From: Armatimonadota bacterium
GTDB lineage: Bacteria > Armatimonadota > SYMT01
DNA: 29,863 bases
Assembly: GCA_046292385.1 (NCBI GenBank)
Contig: JBKBRF010000068.1
Span: 1 to 29,863 of the forward strand
Reading direction: 5' to 3'
A program made the position numbers and the translations under genes. The notes under the pieces are model-generated. The model was given only the letters and a program-made list of their open reading frames with translations. It made no database searches and was not told the DNA's origin. Shown one piece after another: positions 1-9,676 of this stretch. Positions within the stretch are counted from its first letter, which is position 1; each line of letters begins with the position of its first letter.

Positions 1-319
1 AAGCGAGTACCCGCCCTGCAGCCGGCAAAACATACTCTGCGCCCCGGGGCGCACCAACTTTACAGCGTGTGACACTTGCCACCGCTTCCCCGCCAGGGGA
101 ATCTCGCCGGAGTGCTCGCGCTCCGGTAATCCTCCTGCCCTGCTGATTTCGCCAACAGTATCTCGCCAGGGGTGGTCGCAAGTGAAACCCTGAGGCCCTG
201 CTTCCGGCAGCGCTTCCGGGCTCTTTAGGTGCACTCCCCGGGCAGAATCTGCGCATCCCGGCAAGATTCTCGCGGTGAGAAGTACAGAAGGCTGAGCGAG
301 GTGCGAGAGTGGGCCCGAT

Positions 320-459
320 GGAGAGTGGGAGAGCCGCTCCCTCGCTGTTGTTCGTAGGTTCCCGTGCGGGCAGGTTCCAGATGCCGAACCCCACCGGCCG
401 GGAAGCTGAACCCGCAACCTGCCAACTTGCCAACCTGCAACAGACGCCTTCCACTCTCC
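320..459 (+). repeat. MITE-like / hairpin dispersed repeat, copy 1
   Basis: Terminal inverted repeats GGAGAGTGGGAG (320-331) and CTTCCACTCTCC (448-459). Internal GCAGGTT/AACCTGC units. Aligns along its length with the reverse complement of 29591-29740. Confidence 0.8.
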
Positions 460-557
460 CTTGCCACCCCCACCCCTTCCATCCTGGGTTGACGGAGTAC
501 GAGTCGGCGGTGGCCCGCCCGGGGCGCCGCGGCCGGAACTGCGGCTCGAGATGCGAG

Positions 558-944
558 TTACCTGGTCGACGGGCGCCGCTCCTTCCGGAAGTGGCGGACG
601 TAGGCCACCAGGGTGGAGATCTCCTCGTCCGAGAGCTTGCTCTCGAAGGAGGGCATCGGCCCCGGCCCTTTTCGGATCGCCGCCGCAATCTCCTGGTCCG
701 TCACCTCATCCTGCCACCGGGCGTTCGTCAGGTTGCGGGCGCCCAGCACCGTTCCTCGCAGCCGGTGGGCGGTTCCGTCCCGGCTGTGACACTTGGCGCA
801 GTGCCGGTTGAAGAGGGCCGCGCCTTCGCTGCGGTCCTGGGGAGACTTCTCCTTGAACGCAACCGCAGCCGCGGGCGCCAGCGCCAGTATCGTCAGGCAC
901 AGCGCCGTGAGCCGCAGGGGCTTCCGACGTGGCAGCACCTGCAT
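558..944 (-). CDS. Secreted monoheme cytochrome c (class I, c6/c553-like)
   Basis: Signal peptide, one CAKCH heme motif, distal 'GPGPMPSF' Met ligand and C-terminal 'EISTLVAYVR' helix. Confidence 0.9.
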   Translation of the reverse strand: MQVLPRRKPLRLTALCLTILALAPAAAVAFKEKSPQDRSEGAALFNRHCAKCHSRDGTAHRLRGTVLGARNLTNARWQDEVTDQEIAAAIRKGPGPMPSFESKLSDEEISTLVAYVRHFRKERRPSTR

Positions 945-1427
945 GACCTCACGTCCTTTCCAGTCGACCCAACCTCCGCGGGTGTGGGCGGCTCACCCCG
1001 GCGGCAGGTAGTCCGCCGTGCCGTGCCCGCACTCTCTCTTTAGTACCCGCGTCGTTCACCGGAACAAGCCTTCCGCCCCGGATTGCGCTCCGGATCCGGG
1101 AGCCGGCTCCGTTACTCCTGCCCCGCCGACCGGCGGCTTGAGAAGCGGTATGGCGGTGCAGTGGAAGATCAGGGCGTAGCTGCGCCCGCCGCTCTCGCTG
1201 GCAGCCAGGGCGGCGGCGCAGATGAGGGTGCCCCGCCTCCCGGCCTGGGTGGTACCTTATAATGGCTCGGATGATCCGGAGGGTGGGCTGCGAGGCGGCG
1301 CCGCGGAGACCAGTGCCGCCCAGCCGTTCGAAAGCTCCGTTCCGATCCCTGGCCGAGCCCTGGAAGGTAGCTGGATGAGGAATCGCTTGGTGATGCGGCG
1401 TGGGCCGGCGCAGCGCAGGGCCGGCCG

Positions 1428-2489
1428 ATGAACGGTCGGGGTTGGAGCGCGAGACCGTCCCAACCCGGCCTCGGCGTCCTGCGGCTGCCGGAGCGCTCGC
1501 CGGTGCGGAGCCTCCTCGTGCGGCTGGGGGTGGCGGTCGGTCTCATCGTGATCGCCTCGCTGCTGCTCTGGCTGCACCGGGACAGCCTGCGGGACAACAC
1601 GCACCCAGACCGGCCGCTCGCGTTCTCGGACGTCTTCTACTACACCGTCGTCAGTCTCACCACGGTCGGCTACGGGGACATCGTGCCGGTCACGCAGGGA
1701 GCGCGGCTCTTCAACGCGATCTTTATGACGCCGATCCGCGTGGTCCTCTGGGCGCTGTTTCTGGGGACGGCGTACGAGCTGATCCTGCAGCAATACCGGG
1801 AGAGGGTGCAGATGCGGCGACTGAGCGAGCGGCTGCGCGGACACACCATCGTCTGCGGATACGGCGTGAAGGGAGAAGCGATCGTCTCCGAGCTCCTGGC
1901 GCACGGCCACGCGCCGGACCAGATCGTGGTGATCGATCCCACCGAAGAGGCGGTGCAGCGGGCGGCCGGCCGCGACCTGGTGGCGCTGCGTGGTGACGCC
2001 TCGTCGGAGGCGATTCTCCAGGCGGCCGCGGTGGAGAAGGCGGGCCACGTGCTGGTCGGTCCGAACCGCGACGACGCCTGCGTGCTGATCTGCCTCACCG
2101 TCCGCACCCTCGCTCCCAAGGTGCGGCTGGTCGCCTCCGCCCGGGAAGAAGAGAACGTGAAGCTGATCTACAAGGCGGGGGCGGACGTGGTGGTGACGCC
2201 TTCGGCCTCCGGAGGACGGCTGATGGCCGCCGCGGTGCGCCAGACGGCGGTGACCGCGTTCCTGGAAGACCTGATGCAGCGCGGCGCCGGCCTCGACGCC
2301 CGGGAGCGGGTGGTGCGGCCGGAGGAAGCGGGCCGGAAAGTGGCGGACCTGGCGGACCTCCGCGGGCGGCTGGTGCTCGGCGTCTCCCGCGGCGGCGAGC
2401 GCTGCCCGTTCTACGGTCTCTCCGACTGGGTGCTGCAGCCGGGGGACGCCATCGTCTACCTGGAAGGCGCTCCGCGGGGCCGCGAGTAA
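1428..2489 (+). CDS. Potassium channel, 2TM pore + RCK (TrkA-N) domain, MthK/Kch-like
   Basis: TTVGYGD selectivity filter between TM helices; 'HTIVCGYGVKG' Rossmann RCK motif; 'GDAS', 'AGADVVV'. Confidence 0.93.
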   Translation: MNGRGWSARPSQPGLGVLRLPERSPVRSLLVRLGVAVGLIVIASLLLWLHRDSLRDNTHPDRPLAFSDVFYYTVVSLTTVGYGDIVPVTQGARLFNAIFMTPIRVVLWALFLGTAYELILQQYRERVQMRRLSERLRGHTIVCGYGVKGEAIVSELLAHGHAPDQIVVIDPTEEAVQRAAGRDLVALRGDASSEAILQAAAVEKAGHVLVGPNRDDACVLICLTVRTLAPKVRLVASAREEENVKLIYKAGADVVVTPSASGGRLMAAAVRQTAVTAFLEDLMQRGAGLDARERVVRPEEAGRKVADLADLRGRLVLGVSRGGERCPFYGLSDWVLQPGDAIVYLEGAPRGRE

Positions 2490-2705
2490 CGCCTCCGGCA
2501 ATCGTCTCCCGGGCTGTTTCCACCACCTCGGCCAACCCGCTCGGCTTCTGGGCGACACCGGCCTGGCGAGGCAGACTTGCGGGGTCTGTCAGATCCCGAA
2601 CATCCCTGAAGCGGATTTCACATTGGGCGAAGGTGCCGGTAGTCTGGCGTCGAACTGGCTGTAGTAGGCCCGGCGGCTTCCGGTAGCTGGAGGGAATCTG
2701 CGCCC

Positions 2706-5441
2706 ATGTCACCACGGATCCTGCTCGCCGCTCTGCTCCTGGCCGCGCTGGCGGGCACACCCAAACCGGTCCGGGGGGCCGACCCGAAACTGACGGTCCG
2801 GGCAGAGCAGGTGACCCTGGCAGAGGCAGCCGCCCTCCTCGAGCGGGAGAGTGGCGTTCCGGTAGAGGTGGCACTGCTCCGCGCCCCGGGCATTCCCGCG
2901 CCGGAGGTGGACCCGGACCAGCGAATGACGTTCGACTGGAGCCGCGCCACGCTGGGCCGCGCCCTCGAGGATCTGGCCGACCGGTACGGTCTGCATCTAA
3001 GCTCGCGGATGGGCGGTGGGTACCGGCTCTCCACCTGGCTCGGGTCGTCGCGCCGGCAGCGATACCAGCTGGCCGGGGCGGTGGAGCGCTCCGGGTTCCG
3101 GATTGGAGTTCGGGTCCTATCGGTGCAGCGCCAGCGCGCCGCCGTGGTCAGCGGAAATCTCATGCTCGACCTCTGGGCGGAGTCGACCGGCGGCGACGTG
3201 GAGGCGATTGCGGGCATCGAGAACGTGGCAGCCCGGGACAGCCGCGGCGGGATTCTGGTCACCTCGGGCGGCACCAGTACTGCCAGTCTACTTCCGGATG
3301 CCTGGGGCAGCATGTTCCAGCTCGACCCTCCGGATCCCCGCGCGCGGTCTCTGGGCTGGATCGAAGGCGACCTGGTGCTGTTCCGCCGGCTTCGGCCGCT
3401 CGACATCGAAGCACCGCTTCCTCTTCCCGAGGGCGGAGTACAGCAGCGAGCCGGCGACGTAGAGATCGAAGTCCAGCGGATTCTGCCCGGCCGGGCGGAG
3501 GTCCGCGACGATCCGATCGAGCGTCAGGACGCGGGCCCTACGGTGCACGCGCGGATTCGGTACCCGCTGGAGGTGACGCTGCAGTCGGCGGGGGTGGGCG
3601 GCGAGCCGGCGCCGCTCCTGGTCGGCCGCTCCGGACGGACCTACGCGCCTCGCGGGGTCCGGTTTACGAGACGCGGCGACCTCGATGCAGCGGTGGACGC
3701 CGATTATACCTACCAGTTTCCGGCGATCGACGAGCCGCTCGCTGCCGTCCGCTTCCATCTGATGCGGAAGGAGGCGCCGGACCGACGGCTGCCGTTCCGC
3801 ATCGCGAACCTGCCGCTGCCGTTGGAAGACCGGCCGGCACCGGAGGACGCACAGCAAGCTCCTGGCGCGGCCGCCTTCGGCCCGGCAAGCCGCTACTTCT
3901 CACAGGACGGTGGGGAGCTCGTCAGCAGGGTAGTAGTCGACCACCGCAGGCGCCTTCCCGGCACGCTGTCGATCGGCCTGAGCTCCGCCTCGCCGGGAGC
4001 GGAGGCTGGAAGCGAGTGGTTCCAGGTAGAGGTCGGGCCGGACGGCACCGCCCGCCTGCGGCACCTGCTGCCAGGTACGTATCGCGTGCTCCGGATCTAC
4101 CGCCCTGCGGAAGCCTCCCGCGAGCCTGCCGGCTGGTGGAGGCACGGTGAAGCGCGGATCACCGTCGCCGCGGGAAAGACTGCGCTGCTGCCACCCCTCG
4201 AGTGGGTCCCGGCGGGCCGCGCCGCGCCGGTGCCTGCTCCCGCCGCTCCCCGCGCAGCGCCGGCTGCGGCTCCCCCGGCGTCGAGGATTGCGCTGGACCA
4301 CCTCTCGCTGCAGAGGCAGGTAACGGTGCAGTACTTCAAAGTGCCCGAAGTGCAGGCGAGCCACAGCCTGCAGCTCACCGTGAGCGGCAGCCTGGACCCG
4401 GAACGGGCCGGCCGCCTGTACGGGCTGCGGAACGCCGTCGCGAAGGACGACGCGGGCAACCTGCTTGTCAGGGGGCACAGCAGTATCTCGGAGCGGGGGC
4501 AGCGGTGGAGTGCGCGCCTCACGCTGCCGGTACCCCATCCGGACGCGAAGAAGCTGGAGTGGCTGGAAGTGGATCTGGTGGCATTCCGGCGGCGAGATCC
4601 GATTACGGTCGAGTTCCCGCTGCCCGCGGTGCGAGGCGAATCCCGGAAGAGCGTCGGCCCGGTCCGGTTCGAGCTTCACGACGTCTCCACCGGTGAAGCG
4701 GCTCTCCCAGCGGGCCCGGACGGGCCCTCGGCCGGCCGGGGCTTCAGCGTGAGGGCGTCGATCCGGGCCCCCGAGCTGACGCGGCTCCAGGCGCCGAGCG
4801 GAGGCGCGATGCAGCCGGTCCTCGTCGGCGCGTCCGGACGGGTCTACCGGTCAATCCGGTCGCGCAACGGGCTGGAGTCGGGCGGCCGAGGCGTCATCGC
4901 GGACTTTGCCTGCGACTACCCCGCCATCGACGAGCCCGTCACGAAGGTTCGCATCGAAGTCGAGTTTCTCCACGAGCCGGAGCGGCTCTACTCCTTCCGC
5001 CTGACCGATCTCGCTCTTCCGCCGGAGCGTCACTTCCTTCCCGCCGATCGACGTGCTCCGCCGCGCGCCGCGGACCGTGACGCTGGAGGCCCGCTCGGGC
5101 CGGAGCATCCGCTGTATGATGCGAGGGGCGGAGCCCTGGTTACTCCCATCGTGATCGGAGGCACGCCCGCCCCGGCGGGATTGCTCCTGGTGGGACTGGC
5201 TCCCGCGGGAAGTGCTCCGATCCGGTGGGTGGAGGTGGAAGTCGGGGAAGACGGCACCGCAACGCTCGGCAGCCTGAAGCCGGGAGCGTATGTGGTGAGG
5301 CGCACCTATCGCCCCTTCGAGCCGCCGAGCGTCTCCGGCGCCGGAAGCTGGCGGGGAGAGGAGGTCCGGGTCCAGGTGGCACCGGGGCGGAAGCTGACCC
5401 TGCCGCCGCTCCAGTGGAGTCTCGATCCGCCGCCGAAGTGA
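2706..5441 (+). CDS. Secreted hypothetical protein: N-terminal STN-like domain plus a tandem duplication of a ~370-aa two-domain unit
   Basis: GGAGGG RBS and signal peptide. Repeated motifs RD/DD-xxG-xLV, PAIDEP, EVGxDGTA, PGxYxVxRxYRP and LPPLxW occur in both halves, separated by a Pro/Ala linker. Confidence 0.8.
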   Translation: MSPRILLAALLLAALAGTPKPVRGADPKLTVRAEQVTLAEAAALLERESGVPVEVALLRAPGIPAPEVDPDQRMTFDWSRATLGRALEDLADRYGLHLSSRMGGGYRLSTWLGSSRRQRYQLAGAVERSGFRIGVRVLSVQRQRAAVVSGNLMLDLWAESTGGDVEAIAGIENVAARDSRGGILVTSGGTSTASLLPDAWGSMFQLDPPDPRARSLGWIEGDLVLFRRLRPLDIEAPLPLPEGGVQQRAGDVEIEVQRILPGRAEVRDDPIERQDAGPTVHARIRYPLEVTLQSAGVGGEPAPLLVGRSGRTYAPRGVRFTRRGDLDAAVDADYTYQFPAIDEPLAAVRFHLMRKEAPDRRLPFRIANLPLPLEDRPAPEDAQQAPGAAAFGPASRYFSQDGGELVSRVVVDHRRRLPGTLSIGLSSASPGAEAGSEWFQVEVGPDGTARLRHLLPGTYRVLRIYRPAEASREPAGWWRHGEARITVAAGKTALLPPLEWVPAGRAAPVPAPAAPRAAPAAAPPASRIALDHLSLQRQVTVQYFKVPEVQASHSLQLTVSGSLDPERAGRLYGLRNAVAKDDAGNLLVRGHSSISERGQRWSARLTLPVPHPDAKKLEWLEVDLVAFRRRDPITVEFPLPAVRGESRKSVGPVRFELHDVSTGEAALPAGPDGPSAGRGFSVRASIRAPELTRLQAPSGGAMQPVLVGASGRVYRSIRSRNGLESGGRGVIADFACDYPAIDEPVTKVRIEVEFLHEPERLYSFRLTDLALPPERHFLPADRRAPPRAADRDAGGPLGPEHPLYDARGGALVTPIVIGGTPAPAGLLLVGLAPAGSAPIRWVEVEVGEDGTATLGSLKPGAYVVRRTYRPFEPPSVSGAGSWRGEEVRVQVAPGRKLTLPPLQWSLDPPPK

Positions 5442-5450
5442 CGCTCGGCT

Positions 5451-6041
5451 CTACGGGCGCGAGAGATAGCGGCTGCCGCGCTCGTAGAAGCGCCACGGGT
5501 GCTCCGCCGCCAGCCGGATGCCGACCCGCGAGGTTTCCGCCACGTCCGCCACGCGGCCCGGCTCTCCGACGATCCGGAGCCGGCCCGCGGTGAGGTCGGC
5601 GCCGTTCTGCTCGCGGTCGATCGCCAGGGCGGCGGCCAGGCATCCGGGGCCCGCGCAGAGCCGGTGGTCCGGCACCCGCTCTCCCCGGCGCGTCCGCATC
5701 AGCTCCAGCCCCGCCACCGGCTCCAGCGCGCGCACCAGCACCGCCTCCGCCGTCCCCTCCGGCGCGGTCACCGCGTTGAAGCACCAGTGCATTCCATAGA
5801 TGAAGTAGACGTAGGCATGCCCCGGCGGGCCGAACATCGCCGCGTTGCGGGCGGTGCGGCCGCGGTGCGCGTGGCAGGCCGGGTCGTCCGTCAGGTACGC
5901 CTCCGTCTCCACGATCCGGCCGGCGGTCACCCCCTGCGGCGTCTCGTGCACCAGCACGCAGCCGAGCAGCGCGCGCGCCACCTGGAGTGTCGGCAGCAGG
6001 TAGAGCTCCCTGGGAAGTGGGTCGAGTTGGAGTGAGTCCAT
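5451..6041 (-). CDS. mpg: DNA-3-methyladenine glycosylase (MPG/AAG family)
   Basis: Motifs [46 protein letters not shown] and PWRF. Confidence 0.96.
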   Translation of the reverse strand: MDSLQLDPLPRELYLLPTLQVARALLGCVLVHETPQGVTAGRIVETEAYLTDDPACHAHRGRTARNAAMFGPPGHAYVYFIYGMHWCFNAVTAPEGTAEAVLVRALEPVAGLELMRTRRGERVPDHRLCAGPGCLAAALAIDREQNGADLTAGRLRIVGEPGRVADVAETSRVGIRLAAEHPWRFYERGSRYLSRP

Positions 6042-6113
6042 AGCTGCAGGAGGGAGCAGCGCTTCGAGCTCAGAAGGTTAAGACTGGTAGAGCCCGATTG
6101 CTCCCCGGTTCCT

Positions 6114-6142
6114 TTACCGAACAGGTTCGTTGCTGTTACAAT
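6114..6142 (+). promoter_or_regulatory. Putative sigma70 promoter of the tRNA
   Basis: TTACCG-17 nt-TACAAT with an extended -10 TG, 12 nt upstream of the tRNA 5' end. Confidence 0.55.
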
Positions 6143-6154
6143 CGAGCCATCCAC

Positions 6155-6238
6155 GGGCGAGTGGTGAAACGGCAGACACGGCGGACTTAAACTCCGCTGC
6201 CGCAAGGCGTGTGGGTTCGAATCCCACCTCGCCCACCA
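6155..6238 (+). tRNA. tRNA-Leu (anticodon UAA)
   Basis: Acceptor stem GGGCGAG/CTCGCCC, discriminator A and encoded CCA. Anticodon arm GCGGA-CTTAAAC-TCCGC, long variable arm (GCCGCAAGGC), T arm GTGGGTTCGAATCCCAC. Confidence 0.97.
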
Positions 6239-6579
6239 ATATTCTCTCCTCAACCGTCACCGCCGGCCCTCCCGGGTCAGGAGCGCGCGGACGACGGTGC
6301 CCCCGCGGCATCCCCCCGCCGGTGCGTGCCCGGATCGTCCCAGTCTCGCAGCCGGAGAGCGGACCGAGGAGCCGGTCCGCATCCCGTCGAAGCATCTCCA
6401 TATCGCTGCCCTCCCGAAGCGGTGCGTGCCGCTCCCAGAGGCAAGCCTGGCGTCGGCGCGGCGATTCTCCTGCCTTTGGCTCCGGCCGGACGCAGGTGTA
6501 GGCGTAGGTGTGCTCGTTTGGGCGAATCCGCACTTCGCCCCCTAAACTCCGCGCTTTCTGGGCTTTCCGGGAGGGTTCT

Positions 6580-9500
6580 ATGCGCGCTTCCGCCCACCGC
6601 ATCTCGCTGGCCGCCGCGCTGCTGTTGGCCGGTTCCCTGGGACTGCTCCTGGGCGGCGAGCCCGCCGGCTCCGCGGCCACGGCAGCACCGGCCGCACCGG
6701 CGGCGGAGTGCCGCTGGGCGGAGACGCCGATCCGCATCGACGGTAAGGCGGACGACCCCGCGTGGAAGACGGCGGCGGTGCTGGACGGCTTCGGGATGCC
6801 GTGGCTGGGGAAGGAGGCTCCCCGGCTTCGCGCCGGCACCCGCGCGCGGCTGGCGTGGGACCGGGAGTATCTCTACTTCACGGCGGAGATGGACGACCGG
6901 GACCTCTACGCCGCAGTGCGCGAGCACGACGGCATGACCTGGCACGACGATGTCTTCGAGCTCTTCTTCAAGCCGACTGTCGAGCATGCCGGGTACTACG
7001 AGTTCCAGGTAAACGCCGCGGGAACGAAGCTCGACATGTTCCTCCCGCGCCGGGGAGACGGCGGCTACGACCGGTACAAGTCGGACGGCGACTTCCACCT
7101 GGAGAGCCGGGTGGAGCTGCGCGGGACGCTGAACCGGCGGAGCGACCGGGACCGGGGATGGACCGTAGAGGGCCGCATCCCCTGGCGCGACTTCCTCCGC
7201 ACCGGCGGCCGGCCGGAGCCGGGAGAGGAGTGGCGGTTCGCGCTCTGCCGGTACGACTACTCGGCCGACGCGGAGAAGCCGGAGCTCTCCACCACCGCGC
7301 CGCTCACCCGCGGCAGCTTCCACCAGCACGAGGACTACGCGCCGCTGCGGTTCGTGGGGCCGGACCGCCGCACCTCGGCGCCGTTCGGCATCGAGCAGCG
7401 GATCCCGCTCACCACCTCCACCGTCATCGGCTCCCCCGATCCGCCGCTGCCGTACCGCGCCCGGCGCGTCTACCCGAACCTGAAGCTCTCGTTCCCGGTC
7501 ACCGCGGCGCGCGTCCCCGGCAGCGACTGGCTCTTCGCCATCACCCAGCAGTGGCCGGGCGGTCCGTCGCGCCTCGTCCGCTTCCGCGACGATCCGGCCA
7601 CTTCCGCGGCGGAGACGCTGCTGGAGCTCGACCGCACCGCGTACGACCTCTGTTTCCACCCGGACTTCGCGCGCAACGGCTACTTCTACCTCGCCAGCAA
7701 GGGCGAACTGGCGCAGGAGGGCCCGAAGCGAAAGATGCGGATCTCCCGGTACACGCTGGGAGCCGCGCCGGAGCGGCGGCTCGACCCCGCCTCCGAGCTG
7801 CCGATCCTCGAGTGGCCCTCCGACGGGCACGACGGCGGCGCGATGGTGTTCGGGCACGACGGAATGCTCTACGTCACCACGGGAGACGGCACTTCCGACT
7901 CGGACGTCCACGTGGTGGGCCAGGACCTGAAACCGCTCACCGCCAAGGTGCTGCGAATCGACGTCGACCGGCCCGATCCCGGCCGCGCCTACTCCGTCCC
8001 GAAAGACAACCCGTTCGTGGGCGTCAAGGACGCGCGGCCGGAGACCTGGGCGTTCGGGCTGCGCAACCCATGGCGGATGGCGATCGACGCGGAAACGGGG
8101 CGGATCTGGGTCGGCAACAACGGCCAGGACCAGTGGGAGACGGTCCACCTGCTCCAGCGCGGCGCGAACTACGGCTGGAGCGTCTACGAGGGGAGCCACC
8201 CGTTCTACCTGCAGCGGACGCTCGGCCCGGTGCCGCACACGAAGCCGACCCTCGAGCACCCGCACTCGGAGGCGCGGTCGCTCACCGGCGGCCTCGTCTA
8301 TTACGGGAAGCGCTTCCCGGAGCTGCGCGGGGTCTATCTCTACGGCGACTACTCCACCGGCAAGATCTGGGGTGCCCGGCACGACGGCCAGCGGGTGACC
8401 TGGCACCAGGAGTTGGCCGACACCACGCTCCAGATCACCGGCTTCGGGCTCGACTCCCAGGGCGAGATCCTGATCGCGGACAACCGCGGTGGCGACGAGG
8501 GGGCGTTCTACACCTTCGAGCCGACCCCGAAAGACCTGCCGCCGTCCCGCTTCCCCCGCACCCTGAGCGCCACCGGCCTCTTCAAAAGCGTTCGAGGCCA
8601 CGAGGCTCAGCCGGCGCTGATCCCGTACTCCGTCAACGCGCCGCTCTGGTCCGACGGCGCCCACAAGGAGCGCTTCATCGCGCTGCCCGGCACCGAGTCG
8701 AAGATCGACTTCACCTCCTGGCGCGGCTGGAGCTTCCCGGACCGGACGGTGCTGGTGAAGTCGTTCGCGCTCGACCTGGTGGAGGGCGATCCGCGCAGCC
8801 GGAAGTGGGTCGAGACGCGGCTGCTGACGAAGCAGGACGGGGAGTGGGTTGGCTACTCCTACCGCTGGAACGACGCCCAGACCGAGGCGACGCTCGTCGA
8901 GTCGAAGGGCGAGGACCGTCCGTACGAGATCCGCGCGCCGCGGTCGAAGGAGAACCCCTCCGGCGTGCGCCGGCAGGTCTGGCACTATCCGAGCCGCGCG
9001 GAGTGCATGACCTGCCACACGCGCGCGTCCAACTTCGTGCTGGGGCTGAACCTGCACCAGATGAACCGGCAGCACCGCTACCCGAGCGGCGTGAAAGACA
9101 ACCAGCTCCGCGTGCTGGAGCACCTGGGGGTGCTGCGCGTGAACTGGGCGGAAGAGGCGCGGACCGCCTGGCGGGAGGAGGGCAAAGCCCGCGGCATGAC
9201 CGAGGCGCAGGCGAACGAGTACGCGGACCGCCACGCCCGCAGCGACGGCCAGCGGCAGCCGGGTCCGTCCGCGCTCCTGGCGGTGAACCCCGCCCAGGCG
9301 CCGCGGCTGGTCGACCCGTACGACCGGAAGCAGGACCTGGCGCTGCGGGCGAAGTCGTACCTGCAGGGCAACTGCGCCGGCTGCCACGTGGAGGCGGGCG
9401 GCGGCAACGCGCAGATGGAGCTGGAGTTCGCCACGCCGCTGGAGAAAATGCGGATCTGGGACGTGAAGCCGGTCCACGACACCTTCGGGCTGAAGGAAGC

Positions 9501-9657
9501 GCGGCTGGTCGCCCCCGGGCGGCCCGACGGCTCCGTGCTGCTCCACCGCCTCTCCCACCGGGACAAGGGCCACATGCCACCCCTCGCCACCTCCCGCGTG
9601 GATACCGAAGGCGTCCGCCTCTTCCGCGAGTGGATCCGCTCCGGCGGAGCGAGGTAG
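6580..9657 (+). CDS. Secreted CBM9-like (DOMON-type) + PQQ-dependent glucose/sorbosone dehydrogenase + diheme cytochrome c protein
   Basis: GGAGGG RBS before ATG 6580 and signal peptide. 'IDGKADDPAW...AWDREYLY...GWTVEGRIPW' CBM9-like domain. GSDH motifs HDGG, GMLYVTTGDG, GLRNPWR, GANYGW. C-terminal 'YSVNAPLWSDGAHKERF' domain with CMTCH and CAGCH plus 'MPP'. Confidence 0.88.
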   Translation: MRASAHRISLAAALLLAGSLGLLLGGEPAGSAATAAPAAPAAECRWAETPIRIDGKADDPAWKTAAVLDGFGMPWLGKEAPRLRAGTRARLAWDREYLYFTAEMDDRDLYAAVREHDGMTWHDDVFELFFKPTVEHAGYYEFQVNAAGTKLDMFLPRRGDGGYDRYKSDGDFHLESRVELRGTLNRRSDRDRGWTVEGRIPWRDFLRTGGRPEPGEEWRFALCRYDYSADAEKPELSTTAPLTRGSFHQHEDYAPLRFVGPDRRTSAPFGIEQRIPLTTSTVIGSPDPPLPYRARRVYPNLKLSFPVTAARVPGSDWLFAITQQWPGGPSRLVRFRDDPATSAAETLLELDRTAYDLCFHPDFARNGYFYLASKGELAQEGPKRKMRISRYTLGAAPERRLDPASELPILEWPSDGHDGGAMVFGHDGMLYVTTGDGTSDSDVHVVGQDLKPLTAKVLRIDVDRPDPGRAYSVPKDNPFVGVKDARPETWAFGLRNPWRMAIDAETGRIWVGNNGQDQWETVHLLQRGANYGWSVYEGSHPFYLQRTLGPVPHTKPTLEHPHSEARSLTGGLVYYGKRFPELRGVYLYGDYSTGKIWGARHDGQRVTWHQELADTTLQITGFGLDSQGEILIADNRGGDEGAFYTFEPTPKDLPPSRFPRTLSATGLFKSVRGHEAQPALIPYSVNAPLWSDGAHKERFIALPGTESKIDFTSWRGWSFPDRTVLVKSFALDLVEGDPRSRKWVETRLLTKQDGEWVGYSYRWNDAQTEATLVESKGEDRPYEIRAPRSKENPSGVRRQVWHYPSRAECMTCHTRASNFVLGLNLHQMNRQHRYPSGVKDNQLRVLEHLGVLRVNWAEEARTAWREEGKARGMTEAQANEYADRHARSDGQRQPGPSALLAVNPAQAPRLVDPYDRKQDLALRAKSYLQGNCAGCHVEAGGGNAQMELEFATPLEKMRIWDVKPVHDTFGLKEARLVAPGRPDGSVLLHRLSHRDKGHMPPLATSRVDTEGVRLFREWIRSGGAR

Positions 9658-9676
9658 CCGCTCCGAGGCCTTCGCG

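Noticed and set aside
1..319. Possible gene start on the minus strand at 33 and ORFs 225..482 / 309..1043
   Set aside because: No RBS or recognisable protein; the ORFs overlap the repeat or the cytochrome gene.
1258..1431. TATAAT plus a ~160-nt leader before the K+ channel: possible c-di-AMP riboswitch or chained uORFs
   Set aside because: No ydaO/c-di-AMP consensus motifs recognised, no -35, and the short ORFs lack coding bias.
6239..6579. Possible integrative element or small ORF downstream of tRNA-Leu
   Set aside because: No integrase and no duplicate of the tRNA 3' end seen; the minus-strand ORF runs through the tRNA and is not protein-like.
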